Shown: piece by piece, positions 1 through 11,491 of the stretch
Position numbering within the stretch: position 1 is the first letter of the stretch
Layout: each line of letters starts with the position of its first letter
Assembly: GCA_965243135.1 (NCBI GenBank)
Contig: OZ251539.1
Coordinates: 3,744,001-3,808,000 of the forward strand
Direction: 5' to 3'
DNA: 64,000 nt
From: Alphaproteobacteria bacterium
GTDB lineage: Bacteria; Pseudomonadota; Alphaproteobacteria; MPNO01; UBA830
Notes under the pieces: generated by a model
What the model saw: only the letters and a program-made list of their open reading frames with translations
Databases searched by the model: none
Told to the model about the DNA's origin: nothing
Position numbers and translations under genes: made by a program

Positions 1-2
1 TG

Positions 3-1361
3 GTCACGCTGTACGAACTGGAACCGGCTCCCGGCACCAAGTCCGCCCGCGTGATCGGCCTCGCCGACGACATCGCCCGGTCCATGAGCGCGGTGTCCGT
101 GCGCGTCGCGGTGGTGCCCGGCAAGAACGTGATCGGCATCGAACTGCCCAACGCCGTCCGCGAGCTGGTCGCCCTCCGCGAGCTGATGGGGTCGAAGGAA
201 TTCGAGAACCACTCCGGCGCGCTGACGCTGGCTCTCGGCAAGGACATCGGCGGCGCCGCCGTCATGGTCGACCTCGCGAGGATGCCGCATCTGCTGATCG
301 CCGGCACGACCGGCTCGGGCAAGTCCGTCGCCGTCAACACGATGATCGTGTCGCTGCTCTACCGGTTGCCGCCGGACCGCTGCAAGCTGATCATGATCGA
401 TCCGAAGATGCTCGAGCTCTCGGTCTACGACGACATCCCCCATTTGCTGGCGCCGGTGGTGACGGATCCCGCGAAGGCGGTCGTGGCGCTGCGCTGGGCG
501 GTGCGCGAAATGGAGGACCGTTACCGCGCGATGTCGACGATGGGGGTGCGCAACATCCTCGGCTACAACCAGCGCATCGCCGACGCCCTCGAAAAGGGCG
601 AGGCCATGACCCGCACCGTGCAGACCGGCTTCGACCCCGAAACCGGCGAGCCGGTCTACGAGGAGCAGGAATGCGGTGACGCTCCGCTCCCGCACATCGT
701 CGTGATCGTCGACGAGATGGCCGACCTGATGCTGGTCGCCGGCAAGGAAGTCGAGGGCGCGGTCCAGCGCCTGGCCCAGATGGCGCGCGCCGCCGGCATT
801 CATCTGATCATGGCGACGCAGCGTCCGTCCGTCGACGTCATCACCGGCACGATCAAAGCGAACTTTCCGACGCGCGTAAGCTTCCAGGTGACGTCCAAGA
901 TCGACAGCCGGACGATTCTGGGCGAAGGGGGCGCCGAGCAACTGCTCGGCCAGGGCGACATGCTCTACCTGGCGGGCGGCGGACGCATACGCCGCGTCCA
1001 CGGGCCGTTCATTTCCGACGAGGCGGTCGAACGGACCGTCGCGTTTTTGCGCAGCCAGGCCGCTCCCGACTATATCGAGGAGGTCACCGAGGGCGAGCAC
1101 GAATCGCCGTTCATTCCGACCGAGGGAGCCGCGGGCGCCGGAGGCGACAACAGCGGAGACGCGCTCTACGATCAGGCGGTCGCGATCGTCTGCCGCGAGC
1201 GCAAGCCGACGACGAGCTTCGTGCAGCGGCAGTTGCAGATCGGCTACAACCGGGCGGCGCGACTCATCGAGCGGATGGAAGCGGAAGGCGTCGTCAGCAA
1301 GCCGAATCACGCCGGCAAGAGGGAGGTCCTCGCTCGCGACGCCGACGCCCATGAAGCCTGA
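3..1361 (+). CDS. ftsK: DNA translocase FtsK (5'-truncated by window edge)
   Basis: Walker [11 protein letters not shown], Walker [26 protein letters not shown]-terminal gamma domain ([13 protein letters not shown]); frame open from position 3. Confidence 0.97.
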   Translation, partial: VTLYELEPAPGTKSARVIGLADDIARSMSAVSVRVAVVPGKNVIGIELPNAVRELVALRELMGSKEFENHSGALTLALGKDIGGAAVMVDLARMPHLLIAGTTGSGKSVAVNTMIVSLLYRLPPDRCKLIMIDPKMLELSVYDDIPHLLAPVVTDPAKAVVALRWAVREMEDRYRAMSTMGVRNILGYNQRIADALEKGEAMTRTVQTGFDPETGEPVYEEQECGDAPLPHIVVIVDEMADLMLVAGKEVEGAVQRLAQMARAAGIHLIMATQRPSVDVITGTIKANFPTRVSFQVTSKIDSRTILGEGGAEQLLGQGDMLYLAGGGRIRRVHGPFISDEAVERTVAFLRSQAAPDYIEEVTEGEHESPFIPTEGAAGAGGDNSGDALYDQAVAIVCRERKPTTSFVQRQLQIGYNRAARLIERMEAEGVVSKPNHAGKREVLARDADAHEA

Positions 1362-1986
1362 AGGCGCGCTCCGCCGCGTTCTCCTGCTCGTCGTCTTCGC
1401 GTGTTTCCCCTGGGCGGCGCAGGCGGCCGGCGAGCCGGCGGACCGGGCGGACATAGCGAAGGTCGAGGCCTATCTGAACTCGCTGCGCTCCCTTCGCAGC
1501 GAGTTCGTGCAGCGTTCGTCGGGCGGCCGCATCGCGGAAGGGACGATCTACGCCATGCGGCCGGGCCGCCTGCGGCTCGACTACAAGCCTCCCTCGACCA
1601 TGCAGTTCTACGCCAACGGCGACTGGCTCCTCCACGTGGACACGGGGCTGGAGTCGGTCAACCGGGTTCCGCTGTCCTCGACGCCGGCGCGTTTCCTGAC
1701 GGCGGACCGGATCAGCCTTTCGCAGGACGCGGCGGTCCGGCGCGTCGACCGCGGCCGCGGCGCGATAACGCTGGAACTGGCGGACCGCGAAGATCCGGAC
1801 GCCGGCAGCATCGCCTTGCGGTTCTCGACGAAGCCGATGGCGCTCCGCGGGTGGACCGTCGCGGACGCGGAAGGCACGACCACCTCCGTGACGCTCGCGG
1901 AGCCGGAATTCAACGTCCCGATCCCGCGCCGGGTGTTCGTCTTCGACGCAAGGACTTTCGAGCGCGACCAGGACTTCGGGGATTGA
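1351..1986 (+). CDS. lolA: Outer-membrane lipoprotein carrier LolA
   Basis: Signal peptide, FVQ and RPGRLRLDY motifs; canonical position after ftsK. Confidence 0.9.
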   Translation: MKPEGALRRVLLLVVFACFPWAAQAAGEPADRADIAKVEAYLNSLRSLRSEFVQRSSGGRIAEGTIYAMRPGRLRLDYKPPSTMQFYANGDWLLHVDTGLESVNRVPLSSTPARFLTADRISLSQDAAVRRVDRGRGAITLELADREDPDAGSIALRFSTKPMALRGWTVADAEGTTTSVTLAEPEFNVPIPRRVFVFDARTFERDQDFGD

Positions 1987-1998
1987 CGCCCGGGCGCC

Positions 1999-4410
1999 TC
2001 AGAAGCGCTGCAGCAAGCGGTTGATGTAGTCCAGCTCGAAGCGCGAACGGTGCCGTTCCCCGGCGCGCCGACGCAGTTCCTCGATGATCTCCTGCGCGCG
2101 CTCGACGGCCCCCCGTTCGGGTATGTCGACGCTGCGCGTGTCCACCCCGTCCTCGTTCGGCAATTCGCGGCCCAGCGGATCCCGCATGGTCCTCAACGGA
2201 TTGAAGCCGTTTTCCAAGCCGCGGCCGAACCGGTTCATCATGTCGCGCATCATGCCGCGCCCGGCCCGCCGCAACGCGTCCAGCGCCTGGCCTTGCGGTC
2301 CCACGGCCTCGCCGGGCCGCGAGCGGCCGAGCGCGCGGGCCGCACCCTCCATTTCCCGGCCGGCCCGGTCGAGCGCGGCGTCGGCGGAACCGTTCCCGGG
2401 CATCGCCTCGCGCAACGCCTGCCGCAGCCTGCGGAGCATTTCGCGCAGCGCCTTCTGCTCGCGAAGGCCGGGCTGCGTTTGGCGTCCGCCCTCCTGCGAC
2501 ATTCGGAAAGTGCTGTCCAGCAATCGGCTCTGCCTGCGGATCAGGTCCTGCAGCTGGCGGAACGCCCGGTTGCCGCGAAGCGCGTCGGGGTCGGCCCGCA
2601 TCATGCGCGCGTTGCGCAGGGTCTCGAACATTCGGCTCAGTTGTCCGAGCATCCGGCGGGCGGCGTCGCGGGCGCCGGACCGCATCATCTGCCGGATCCG
2701 CTCCATCATCCGCTGCAGGTCGGCGCTCTGCAGGAGGCGCGCGGTCGGGTCGAGACGAGGCGCTTCGCCGGCGTTTTCCGCCATGCGGGCGAGTTCCCGG
2801 AGGTACCGGTTCAACGCCGTCTGGAGTTCGCGCATCAGGCGCTCGAGCTCCTCGTCGCCGGCGTCCCGCTCCAGCGCCTTCATGAGCGCCCGTTGCGCGC
2901 GCAGGAGTTCGCGTTCGGCGTGGGAAAGCTGGCCGTCCTCGACCCTGAGCGCGGTGTCCCACAACAGATCCCTGACCGGCGGGAGCGCCGCGTCCCCTTT
3001 CTCGTGCAGCAGGCGGGACCGCGAGAACGCGAGTCCCATGAACGCCACGGTGTCGTGCCCGAACGTTTCCGGGCGGGAAGCGATGTCGCCGATGTTGTCC
3101 ATGATTTCGGGGCGGCGCTCGGGTTCGGTGGTCAGGCGCCGCCGCTCGGCGACGATCCTTCTGGCGACGGGATTGTGGAACTCCCGTTCCGGCAGCACCA
3201 TTTTCATCTCTTCCGACCAGCCGCGCTGTCCGGCGGCGTCGGCGGCCGCGAGGCGGATCGCGACCGGCAGCCCCGCCCACGGATGCGCCGCAATTTCCTG
3301 GAGGCTGGTCCCGGCGAATTCCCGCGAGCCGGCCGGCGGCGTCGGCAATTCGAAGCCGAAGACCTCCTTGCCGATCACCGTTCCCCGCTCGTAGGTTCGC
3401 CGCATCTCGCCGCGGATTTCCGCGATCCCGTAATCGTCCTCCGCCCGGTAGGCGATTCTCAGGGCGCCGCGCTGGAACGGCTTCGGCGGACCGTCGAAGG
3501 AAATCCGCGGCGGCGCGTCGGGAACGCTGCGGATCCGCCACGAACCAAGGGGCTTTTCGTCGAGCAGCACGGTCAGGACGCCGCTCCCGTCGATCGTCCG
3601 TTCGAGTTTGCGGTTGACGGGATCGGCGACTTCGAACGGCGTGCGCTCGCCTCCGAACTCCAGCGCCGCTTCGCCCGTTCCTCCCGAAACGATCGCCGTC
3701 AGCGCGCTGCCCGCGGGCACGTCGATCCCGGAATCGGCTTCTCCGCCGGCCGCTTCTTCGCCGGTCCGGCGCGCCGGAAAGACCGGCGGCAGACGGGTGT
3801 ACTCGGGCGGCGCGATCCAAAGTTCGAGGCTGGCCGTCCGCGCGCCGTCCGAAACGCCGAACTGAGGCGCGAGGGACCGCTTCAGCCGGTCGCCGAAGTC
3901 GGGGCCGGCGACCGCCGCGCCCACCAGCGCCAGCAACGCAAGGCCGATTCGAAGCGCCCACGGGTCGCGGGCGGGGAGGCCGGGCGCGGGCAATCCGGGT
4001 CTGAGCGACCGCAGCTGCCCGGCCGTCCGCTCCTGATGGGTCCGCCACAGCGCGCGCGCCACGGGATCGCTCACGCCGTCCGGCAGGCTGTCCTCCAGCG
4101 CCTGCAGCGGCCGATGATCCAGATCGCTCTCGGTCTCCAGACGGCGGAGGGCGTCGCGGCGTCGCGGCCACGAGATCCGCCTCAGGCCGCGGAACAGCAA
4201 GGCGGCCGTCAGGCCGACGGTCAGCGCGAGCGCGGCGGCGTGCGCCCAGCCGGGCATCCAGGAGAAGCCGTCGAACAGCGCGAAGGCGGCGAAGGCGGCG
4301 ATCAGGCCCGTGGCCGGCCACGTCGCGGGCCACAGCGCTTCCCACGCCAGCCCTAGTCTGGCCAGCAGCAAATATCGACCGACAGCCGGTCCGCGTCGCT
4401 TCCCGCTCAT
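1999..4410 (-). CDS. TIGR02302/DUF4175-family membrane protein
   Basis: N-terminal TM pair, coiled coil, RDPLGR and C-terminal ELDYINRLL; usual alphaproteobacterial position after lysA. Confidence 0.85.
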   Translation of the reverse strand: MSGKRRGPAVGRYLLLARLGLAWEALWPATWPATGLIAAFAAFALFDGFSWMPGWAHAAALALTVGLTAALLFRGLRRISWPRRRDALRRLETESDLDHRPLQALEDSLPDGVSDPVARALWRTHQERTAGQLRSLRPGLPAPGLPARDPWALRIGLALLALVGAAVAGPDFGDRLKRSLAPQFGVSDGARTASLELWIAPPEYTRLPPVFPARRTGEEAAGGEADSGIDVPAGSALTAIVSGGTGEAALEFGGERTPFEVADPVNRKLERTIDGSGVLTVLLDEKPLGSWRIRSVPDAPPRISFDGPPKPFQRGALRIAYRAEDDYGIAEIRGEMRRTYERGTVIGKEVFGFELPTPPAGSREFAGTSLQEIAAHPWAGLPVAIRLAAADAAGQRGWSEEMKMVLPEREFHNPVARRIVAERRRLTTEPERRPEIMDNIGDIASRPETFGHDTVAFMGLAFSRSRLLHEKGDAALPPVRDLLWDTALRVEDGQLSHAERELLRAQRALMKALERDAGDEELERLMRELQTALNRYLRELARMAENAGEAPRLDPTARLLQSADLQRMMERIRQMMRSGARDAARRMLGQLSRMFETLRNARMMRADPDALRGNRAFRQLQDLIRRQSRLLDSTFRMSQEGGRQTQPGLREQKALREMLRRLRQALREAMPGNGSADAALDRAGREMEGAARALGRSRPGEAVGPQGQALDALRRAGRGMMRDMMNRFGRGLENGFNPLRTMRDPLGRELPNEDGVDTRSVDIPERGAVERAQEIIEELRRRAGERHRSRFELDYINRLLQRF

Positions 4411-5681
4411 GCCGTCCCGCCCGCTATCCAGTCCGGAACGCGATCCTGTCCTACCATCGTATCATATTCCGTCCGCGGGCGTATCACGGCGTGCGCGTCT
4501 CCGTTCACCATCGCTTCCGGAGCCGGCGGCCGGGCGTTGTAAGCCGACGACATGACGGCGCCGTAGGCGCCGGCCGACCGGACGGCGAGCAAGTCGCCCG
4601 CCGCGAGCGGCGGCAATTCGCGCTGGACCGCCAGCGCGTCGCCGCTTTCGCAAACGGGTCCGACGACGTCGACGACCGTCGCGTCCGGACCGGACGGCCG
4701 AACCGGATCGATGCCGTGCCAGGCGTCGTAAAGCGCCGGGCGAAGCAGGTCGTTCATGGCTGCGTCCACGATCGCGAACCGGCGGCCTCCGCTTTCCTTC
4801 ATGTAGATCACCCGGCTGACCAGTATGCCCGCATCCGCCGTCAAGCGGCGGCCCGGCTCCAGGGCGAGCGAAAGATCCAAGCCGCCGAAGATCTCACGGA
4901 TCAGCCCGGCGTAATCCGCCGCCGAGGGAGGGGACTCGTTCCGGTACGCGACGCCGAGTCCGCCGCCGAGATCCAGCCGGGCGACCGGGCAGCCTTCGCC
5001 GCGAAGCCGCCGGACGAGGCCGGCGAGGCGGAGGAAAGCGTCGCGGAACGGCTCCAGGTCTGTCAGCTGGGAACCGATGTGGACGGCGAGGCCGACGGGA
5101 TCGACGCCGGGCAGGACGCCGGCGCGGCGGTACGCGTCGGGAACCAGTTCGAGGGCGATGCCGAACTTGTCGCCGGCGCGGCCGGTGGAGATCTTGCGGT
5201 GGGTGCGGGCGTCGACGTCGGGATTGACGCGGATCGCGACGGCCGCCCGCCGCCCTGCGCCGGACGCGACTTCGGAAACCGCCTCGAGCTCCGCCGCGGA
5301 TTCCACGTTCAGCTGGCCGCACCCGGCCTCGAGCGCCGCGGCGATCTCCGAACGCGTCTTGCCGACGCCCGAGAACACGATCCTCGCGGGGTCGACGCCC
5401 GCCGCGAGGGCGCGCCGCAGCTCGCCCTCGGAAACCACGTCGGCCCCCGCGCCGAGCGCGGCGAACAGGGAAACGACGGCCTGATTGCCGTTCGCCTTCA
5501 CGGCGTAGCAGATGTCCGCGCCGAGCCCGTCGACCGCTCCCGCGAATTCCCGGTAGGCGTTGCGCAACCCGGCCGTCGAGTAGCAGTAAAACGGCGTTCC
5601 GATCCGCTCCGCGAGATCCGGTATCGCCACGTCCTCGGCGAACAGAACGCCGTCGCGATACGCGAAGCCGCCGGGGTTCAT
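4407..5681 (-). CDS. lysA: Diaminopimelate decarboxylase
   Basis: YAVKAN PLP lysine, HIGSQ, DLGGG, EPGR, GPVCESGD. Confidence 0.96.
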   Translation of the reverse strand: MNPGGFAYRDGVLFAEDVAIPDLAERIGTPFYCYSTAGLRNAYREFAGAVDGLGADICYAVKANGNQAVVSLFAALGAGADVVSEGELRRALAAGVDPARIVFSGVGKTRSEIAAALEAGCGQLNVESAAELEAVSEVASGAGRRAAVAIRVNPDVDARTHRKISTGRAGDKFGIALELVPDAYRRAGVLPGVDPVGLAVHIGSQLTDLEPFRDAFLRLAGLVRRLRGEGCPVARLDLGGGLGVAYRNESPPSAADYAGLIREIFGGLDLSLALEPGRRLTADAGILVSRVIYMKESGGRRFAIVDAAMNDLLRPALYDAWHGIDPVRPSGPDATVVDVVGPVCESGDALAVQRELPPLAAGDLLAVRSAGAYGAVMSSAYNARPPAPEAMVNGDAHAVIRPRTEYDTMVGQDRVPDWIAGGTA

Positions 5682-5809
5682 TTGGACGCCGGATAGGTCC
5701 GGGGATAGGCGCTTTCGCCTTCGCGCTCGAGCTTCTCCGGCTTCTTGCCGCAGGCGGAGAGCGCCAGGGCGGCGGCGAGAAGCAACAGGGACGTCCAGCG
5801 GATCAGCAT
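5678..5809 (-). CDS. Small lipoprotein (YifL/LptM-like), 43 aa, not in the ORF track
   Basis: [43 protein letters not shown]; lipobox LSAC; overlaps argH stop and lysA start (ATGA). Confidence 0.8.
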   Translation of the reverse strand: MLIRWTSLLLLAAALALSACGKKPEKLEREGESAYPRTYPASK

Positions 5810-7224
5810 TCGAGAAACCGCTCCTTCGCGGCCCGGATCTGCGCGCGCACGTTGCCGGGCGCCGTGCCGCCGTAACTCGAGCGGCTCCGCGCCGAGTTCT
5901 CCGCGCCGAGCACCTCGAAAACCGCGGACGTGACGCGGCCGTCTATCGCCTGCAGATCAGGCAGCGGCAGTTCCTCGAGGCCGCACCCCCTTTCCTCCGC
6001 GAGCGCGACCGCGCGCCCGGCCGCGAAGTGGGCCTCGCGGAACGGCAGGCCGGCCTCGCGCGCGAGCCAGTCGGCGAGATCGGTCGCCGTGGCGTGGTTT
6101 TCGCCGGCGGCGGCGGCCAGACGATCCCGGTCGAAGCTCAGGTCGGCGATCATTCCGGCCGCGACCGCCAGGCAGGACATCAGCGTTTCCGCGGCGTCGA
6201 ACACGGGTTCCTTGTCCTCCTGCATGTCCTTGGAATAGGCGAGAGGCAACCCCTTCATCACGGTCGAAACCGCGACCAGCGCCCCGATCAGGCGTCCGGA
6301 CTTCCCGCGAATCAGTTCGGCGGCGTCGGGGTTGCGTTTTTGCGGCATCATCGAGCTGCCGGTGGAGAAGGCGTCCGACGGGCGCGCGAATCCGACCGAA
6401 GCCCAGAACACCAGTTCTTCTCCGAGACGCGACAGATGTCCGCCGCAGATCGCGGCCGCGGAAAGGAATTCGAGCGCGAAGTCGCGATCGGACACGGCGT
6501 CGAGCGAATTGGCGGCGGGCCGGTCGAAGCCGAGCGCGGCCGCGGTCGCCGCCCTGTCGATGGGGAACGACGTGCCGGCCAGGGCTCCGGCGCCGAGAGG
6601 CGATTCGTTGAGGCGCGACCGCGCGTCGAAGAAGCGGCCGCGGTCGCGGCCGAACATTTCGACGTACGCGAGAAGGTGGTGTCCGACCGTCACCGGCTGC
6701 GCCGCCTGCAGATGGGTGAAGCCCGGCATCACCCAATCGGCGTGCTCCTCCGCCCGCGCGACGAGCTTCGCCTGCAGGGCGGCCAGCGCCGCGTCCGCCG
6801 CGTCGGCCGCGTCGCGCACCCAGAGCCGGAAGTCGGTCGCCACCTGGTCGTTGCGCGACCGCGCCGTATGCAGCCGCCCGGCGGCGGGGCCGATCAGTTC
6901 CGTCAGCCGCGCTTCGACGTTCATGTGGATGTCCTCGAGTTCCGCGCGGAACGCGAACTCGCCGCGTTCGATCTCTCCGGCGATGCGCTTCAGGCCGTCG
7001 TCGATGGCCGCCGCCTCTTCGGGCGTCAGGACGCCGACGCCCGCGAGCATGGCCGCATGGGCGCGCGAGCCCGCGATGTCCTGCGCGTGCAGCGCCTTGT
7101 CAAATCCGATCGACGCGTTAAATCCCTGCATGAGCGCGTCGTTTCCGGCGGCGAAGCGTCCGCCCCACATCCGGTTCGGCGCGCCGCGCTCCGCCGCGGG
7201 AGGAGGGACTCCGTCGTCGTTCAT
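5803..7224 (-). CDS. argH: Argininosuccinate lyase (start 7224 or 7230)
   Basis: [34 protein letters not shown]. Confidence 0.96.
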   Translation of the reverse strand: MNDDGVPPPAAERGAPNRMWGGRFAAGNDALMQGFNASIGFDKALHAQDIAGSRAHAAMLAGVGVLTPEEAAAIDDGLKRIAGEIERGEFAFRAELEDIHMNVEARLTELIGPAAGRLHTARSRNDQVATDFRLWVRDAADAADAALAALQAKLVARAEEHADWVMPGFTHLQAAQPVTVGHHLLAYVEMFGRDRGRFFDARSRLNESPLGAGALAGTSFPIDRAATAAALGFDRPAANSLDAVSDRDFALEFLSAAAICGGHLSRLGEELVFWASVGFARPSDAFSTGSSMMPQKRNPDAAELIRGKSGRLIGALVAVSTVMKGLPLAYSKDMQEDKEPVFDAAETLMSCLAVAAGMIADLSFDRDRLAAAAGENHATATDLADWLAREAGLPFREAHFAAGRAVALAEERGCGLEELPLPDLQAIDGRVTSAVFEVLGAENSARSRSSYGGTAPGNVRAQIRAAKERFLEC

Positions 7225-7228
7225 GGCC

Positions 7229-7783
7229 ATGCACCTCAAGATCCGCGCCATCTTCGCCGCTTGCGCGATAATGGCGATTATCGCCGGGCAATCAAGCGCC
7301 GAACGCCCGCCGCTGTCCGGATGGATGGCGGGGTTCGCGCCCGCCGCCGAACCGGCCGCGTTGCCCGGATCCGCCTTCGTCGACGAACGGGGCCGACGGT
7401 CGAGCTTCGAAGACTTCCGGGGACGGCTGGTCCTGGCGAACTTCTGGGCGACATGGTGCGGACCCTGCGTGCGCGAAATGCCGTCTCTCGCCCGTCTTCA
7501 CGCACGGCTCGGGGGCCCGGACCTGGCCGTCGTCGCGCTGTCGGAGGACCGCCTCGGCTGGAAGAAGATGGCGCCCTTCCGCGCCGCGCACGGCCTCGAA
7601 GACCTGCCGATGTTTCACGACGCCGCGTCGACGACGATGTTCGCCGCCCGGGTGAGGGGGCTGCCGACGACGATACTCCTAGGGCGCGACGGCAGGGAAC
7701 TCGGCCGCCTCGTCGGACCGGCGGAGTGGGATTCGCCGGAGGCCGAGGCGCTGATCCGGCATTACATGGACAGGCGGAACTGA
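7229..7783 (+). CDS. tlpA: TlpA-family thiol:disulfide oxidoreductase
   Basis: [27 protein letters not shown]; C-terminal part of ORF 6332..7783. Confidence 0.9.
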   Translation: MHLKIRAIFAACAIMAIIAGQSSAERPPLSGWMAGFAPAAEPAALPGSAFVDERGRRSSFEDFRGRLVLANFWATWCGPCVREMPSLARLHARLGGPDLAVVALSEDRLGWKKMAPFRAAHGLEDLPMFHDAASTTMFAARVRGLPTTILLGRDGRELGRLVGPAEWDSPEAEALIRHYMDRRN

Positions 7784-7807
7784 GCGCGGCCGCGCCGCGG
7801 GCGAAGG

Positions 7808-8869
7808 TCAGGCGTCGGCCCCGACCGCGTCGGCCACGCAGCCGTATCCGTCGCGCTCGAGGAAGCGCGCGAGATCGGCCTTCAGCTTCGGGATCAGTCC
7901 GGGACCGCGGTAGATCAGGGCGGTGTAGAGCTGGATCAGGGACGCTCCGGCGCGAATCATGGCGTAGGCGTCGGCGCCGCTCGCGACGCCCCCGGATCCG
8001 ATGATGGGCAGGCGTCCCCCGGTGACGCGCCGGAAGTCGCGCACCGCTTCGATCGCCCTCGGGAAAAGCGGCGCGCCGCTGAGTCCGCCCGGCTCGTTCT
8101 TCCGGGGGTCGGTCAGCCCGTCGCGGGCGGTCGTCGTGTTGACGACGGTCATCCCGTCGACGCCGGCCTCCATCGCGACCGCGGCGATTTCGGCGCGTTG
8201 GGACCGGTCGAGATCGGGCGCGATCTTGATTACGAGCGGCGGCCGCCGGCCGGCGCCGGGCAACGCGCAAGCGCGGGCCTCGACGGAGCGCGAGAGGAGG
8301 CGCGCGAGATTCTCGCACTCCTGCATCCTGCGGAGATCGGGGGTGTTGGGAGACGATACGTTGATCACGATGAAGTCGACATGCGGCGCGACCGCCTCGA
8401 TGCAGGCGGCGTAATCCGCCAACGGGTCGGCCGTGCGCCTGTTCCTGCCGACGTTGGCGCCGAGCGGTCCGGCGTCCCGGTCGCGGCGCGAGACCCGCGC
8501 GACGTAGGGCGCGAGCCCCTCGCCATTGAAGCCGAGCCGGTTGATCACCGCGCGGTCGGAAGGCAGACGGAACAGCCGCGGCCTGGGATTGCCGGGCTGC
8601 GGCAGCGGGGTGACGGTGCCGGCTTCGACGAATCCGAAGCCCGCCGCCAGCATCCGGTCGGGCACTTCCGCACCCTTGTCGAAGCCGGCGGCGAGGCCGA
8701 CCGGATTGCGGAAGTCGATTCCCCATACCGACGTCGCGAGGACCGGCGCGTCAGGCTTCCGGTCGCACGGGCCGAGGCCGCGGGCGAGGGCGATCAACGC
8801 GGCGCGATGGGCGGTTTCCGGCGGAAGCCGCCGCAGGAGAGGCATGAACAGCGAGTGAATGTCCGTCAC
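7808..8869 (-). CDS. pyrD: Quinone-dependent dihydroorotate dehydrogenase
   Basis: GLAAGFDK, INRLGFN, INVSSPNTP, KIAPDL, GGLSG, QLYTAL. Confidence 0.95.
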   Translation of the reverse strand: MTDIHSLFMPLLRRLPPETAHRAALIALARGLGPCDRKPDAPVLATSVWGIDFRNPVGLAAGFDKGAEVPDRMLAAGFGFVEAGTVTPLPQPGNPRPRLFRLPSDRAVINRLGFNGEGLAPYVARVSRRDRDAGPLGANVGRNRRTADPLADYAACIEAVAPHVDFIVINVSSPNTPDLRRMQECENLARLLSRSVEARACALPGAGRRPPLVIKIAPDLDRSQRAEIAAVAMEAGVDGMTVVNTTTARDGLTDPRKNEPGGLSGAPLFPRAIEAVRDFRRVTGGRLPIIGSGGVASGADAYAMIRAGASLIQLYTALIYRGPGLIPKLKADLARFLERDGYGCVADAVGADA

Positions 8870-8940
8870 CAGCAGGATCCCGGCGTTTCGACGGGCCGAA
8901 CCGCGTTGATCCCCCGCCCGAACCCGCCTATACCATTCCC

Positions 8941-9390
8941 ATGACGGAAACGATCGAACGGGCGAAGCAGGAAATCGTCGACGAGTTCGCGTTTTTCGAC
9001 GATTGGGTGCAACGCTACGAATATATCATCGAGATGGGAAGGAATCTTGCGGGATTGCCCGAAGAACTCAAGGACGAGGCGCACAAGGTGCCGGGATGCC
9101 AGTCGCAGGTATGGTTCCATGCGCGCCGCGACGGCGGTCGCCTCCATTTCGAAGCGGATTCCGACGCCATGATCGTTCGCGGCCTCATCGCGCTGCTTAT
9201 GCGGGTCTATTCGGGCAGGACGCCGGAGGACATCCTCCGCACGCCGCCGTCGTTCTTCGAGGTGCTGGAACTCGGGTCGCATCTCAGCGGCAGCCGGGCG
9301 AACGGGTTGCACGCCATGGTCGGGCGCATCCACGCCTACGCGGCGGCCTTCAAGGACGGCGCGGAAAGCCCCGCGGCGGCGGCCCGATGA
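8941..9390 (+). CDS. sufE: SufE/CsdE Fe-S sulfur acceptor
   Basis: VPGCQSQVW, DSDAMIVRGL, SRANGL. Confidence 0.9.
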   Translation: MTETIERAKQEIVDEFAFFDDWVQRYEYIIEMGRNLAGLPEELKDEAHKVPGCQSQVWFHARRDGGRLHFEADSDAMIVRGLIALLMRVYSGRTPEDILRTPPSFFEVLELGSHLSGSRANGLHAMVGRIHAYAAAFKDGAESPAAAAR

Positions 9391-10238
9391 AGACGATCAC
9401 CTGGAGCGCCGGCGAATGGCTGGAGGGGAATCCGCCGATGCTGGGGCCGATGAGCCACGCCTGGTGGATGGCGTCCACGGTGTTCGACGGCGCGCGGGCG
9501 TTCCGCCGGCTGGCGCCCGATCTCGACCGTCACTGCGCCCGGCTCGTCGAGTCCGCGAAGGCGTTTCGCATGACGCCGCCGATGACCGCGGACGAAATGG
9601 TCGATCTCGCCTGGGAAGGGATCGAGAAGTTTCCCGAAGACGCCGAACTGTACGTCCGTCCGATGATGTATTTCGAGAGCGGCTTCGTCACGCCGTCCCT
9701 GGATTCCAGCAAGTTCGTCCTCACGGTGTTCGCGGCGCCGTTGCCGGAGTGGAAGGGCGTGACCGCGTGCGTTTCGAGCTACCGGCGGCCGACCCCGGAG
9801 TCCGCGCCCACCAACGCGAAGGCGTCCTGCCTCTATCCCAATGTCGGGCGCGCGATGACCGAGGCGCAGGAGAAGGGGTACGACACCGCGGTCGTGCTCG
9901 ACGCGTTCGGCAACGTCGCCGAGTTCGCGACCAACAACCTGTTCATGGTCAAGGACGGGGTCGCGAAGACCCCCGCGCTGAACGGCTGCTTCCTCGCCGG
10001 CCTGACGCGCCTTCGCGTGATCGAACTGCTGACCGCCGACGGTCGCGAGGTCGAGGAGACCACGATCACCCTGCGGGATCTTCTCGACGCCGACGAGGTG
10101 TTCCTGACCGGCAACTATTCGAAGGTGCTCCCGGTGGTGCGCGTCGCGGACCGGGACTATCAGGCCGGGCCCGTCGCCGTTCGGGCGCGGGATCTGTATT
10201 TCGAATTCTCCGAGCGCGAGGGCGGACGCAAGACCTGA
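9387..10238 (+). CDS. Class IV (branched-chain type) aminotransferase
   Basis: VFDGAR, AKASCLY lysine, E..TNNLF, LAGLTR, ADEVFLTG; ATG overlaps sufE stop. Confidence 0.88.
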   Translation: MKTITWSAGEWLEGNPPMLGPMSHAWWMASTVFDGARAFRRLAPDLDRHCARLVESAKAFRMTPPMTADEMVDLAWEGIEKFPEDAELYVRPMMYFESGFVTPSLDSSKFVLTVFAAPLPEWKGVTACVSSYRRPTPESAPTNAKASCLYPNVGRAMTEAQEKGYDTAVVLDAFGNVAEFATNNLFMVKDGVAKTPALNGCFLAGLTRLRVIELLTADGREVEETTITLRDLLDADEVFLTGNYSKVLPVVRVADRDYQAGPVAVRARDLYFEFSEREGGRKT

Positions 10239-10259
10239 CGAACGGTCGGACCGCCCGGT

Positions 10260-11474
10260 TCAGCGCAGCCTGTCGCTCAGCTCACGGGGCAGGTATTCCG
10301 GCCGGAACCCGTTCCATCCCCTGTCGGGAGCCGCGCCGGCGTCCCGGATTTCGGCATGGAAGACCACGTCTCCGTCCGGCGAAACTTCCTTGAGCGCGAT
10401 GGAGCCGACGCCCTGGGGAGGAATTTCCACGCGCGCGCCGTCGGGCGCGTGGCACAATCCGGTGCAGGCGACGAACCGGTTGCCGTTGGGCGTCTCGCAG
10501 ACGCCGCCGACGTAATGCGAATAGGGAATGTCTCCGTAGCGCCACGTTTCGGTCGCCGTCATCGCCCGCTCGTCGACGGCGTAGGCGAGCGCGAAGCTCC
10601 GGCGCTCGGCAATCGGCCGTTCCGGGTCGGGCGGCGCCGCGCCGGCCGTGCCGTTGTCGAAGAGCATCAGGTCGCCGTTCTTCGCGAAGCTCGGATCGTG
10701 CTGGTGATAGAACGGCCGTCCGCCCTCGATTTTCAGCAGCTTCGCGGCCTGCGCCCCCCGCCAGCCGTTCGGGTCGCCCAGTATCCAGGCCAGTTCTCCG
10801 TTCCGGCGAATCTTGATCACGCAATCCTGATGGCGCAGGGAGACCAGAATGCCGCCGTCGGCCGGGTCGACGATCGCGCAGTTTCCGTGCGTCCAGTCGC
10901 GGGTCCCCGGCCAACCCTGGTTGGCCCAATAGGGCGCGTCCGATCCGTAGCCCATTCGCCGCGGATCGAGGATCCCCGCCAGGGAATACTCCCGTTCGAT
11001 GCGCCCGTCGCGGTCGAACAGGACGACGGTGTCGCCCATGAAGTGGGTCCACTCGCCGTCCGCGCGTTCCAGCGGAAGGCGTTCCACGGAGAGCGACAGA
11101 AGCAGTCCGGGTTCCGGTTCGGCGATCGTATGGTGCAGTTTCTCGGTCTCGACAGGGATGCCGTCCAGCCCGCCGGGAAATCTCGGAGCGCAGTACCACT
11201 GCCGGAGCAGCGTTCCGTCGAGGCCGATTTCCACGGCCCGGCCGTCGGTTCCCATCACCAGCAGCGTATCGCATGCCGAACGGCGGCAGTCCATGATGCA
11301 GAAATCGAACTCGCGCCGCCATACGATCTCGCCTTGGCGATCGATCGCGATGACGGCCTCGAATTCGCTGACCTTGCGAATGGCCCGCGTGGAGCGGCCG
11401 ACGGCGAGGAGGACGACGCCGTCGTCCCGGCGATCGGCTTTCAGCGCCTTGACGTCGAGTTTCGGCGGCTTCAT
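10260..11474 (-). CDS. Arylsulfotransferase (ASST)-like beta-propeller
   Basis: LHH, DWTHGN, LVSLRHQD, YHQHD, LFDNG motifs. Confidence 0.75.
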   Translation of the reverse strand: MKPPKLDVKALKADRRDDGVVLLAVGRSTRAIRKVSEFEAVIAIDRQGEIVWRREFDFCIMDCRRSACDTLLVMGTDGRAVEIGLDGTLLRQWYCAPRFPGGLDGIPVETEKLHHTIAEPEPGLLLSLSVERLPLERADGEWTHFMGDTVVLFDRDGRIEREYSLAGILDPRRMGYGSDAPYWANQGWPGTRDWTHGNCAIVDPADGGILVSLRHQDCVIKIRRNGELAWILGDPNGWRGAQAAKLLKIEGGRPFYHQHDPSFAKNGDLMLFDNGTAGAAPPDPERPIAERRSFALAYAVDERAMTATETWRYGDIPYSHYVGGVCETPNGNRFVACTGLCHAPDGARVEIPPQGVGSIALKEVSPDGDVVFHAEIRDAGAAPDRGWNGFRPEYLPRELSDRLR

Positions 11475-11491
11475 GCAGGTCGGCGGGCGCG

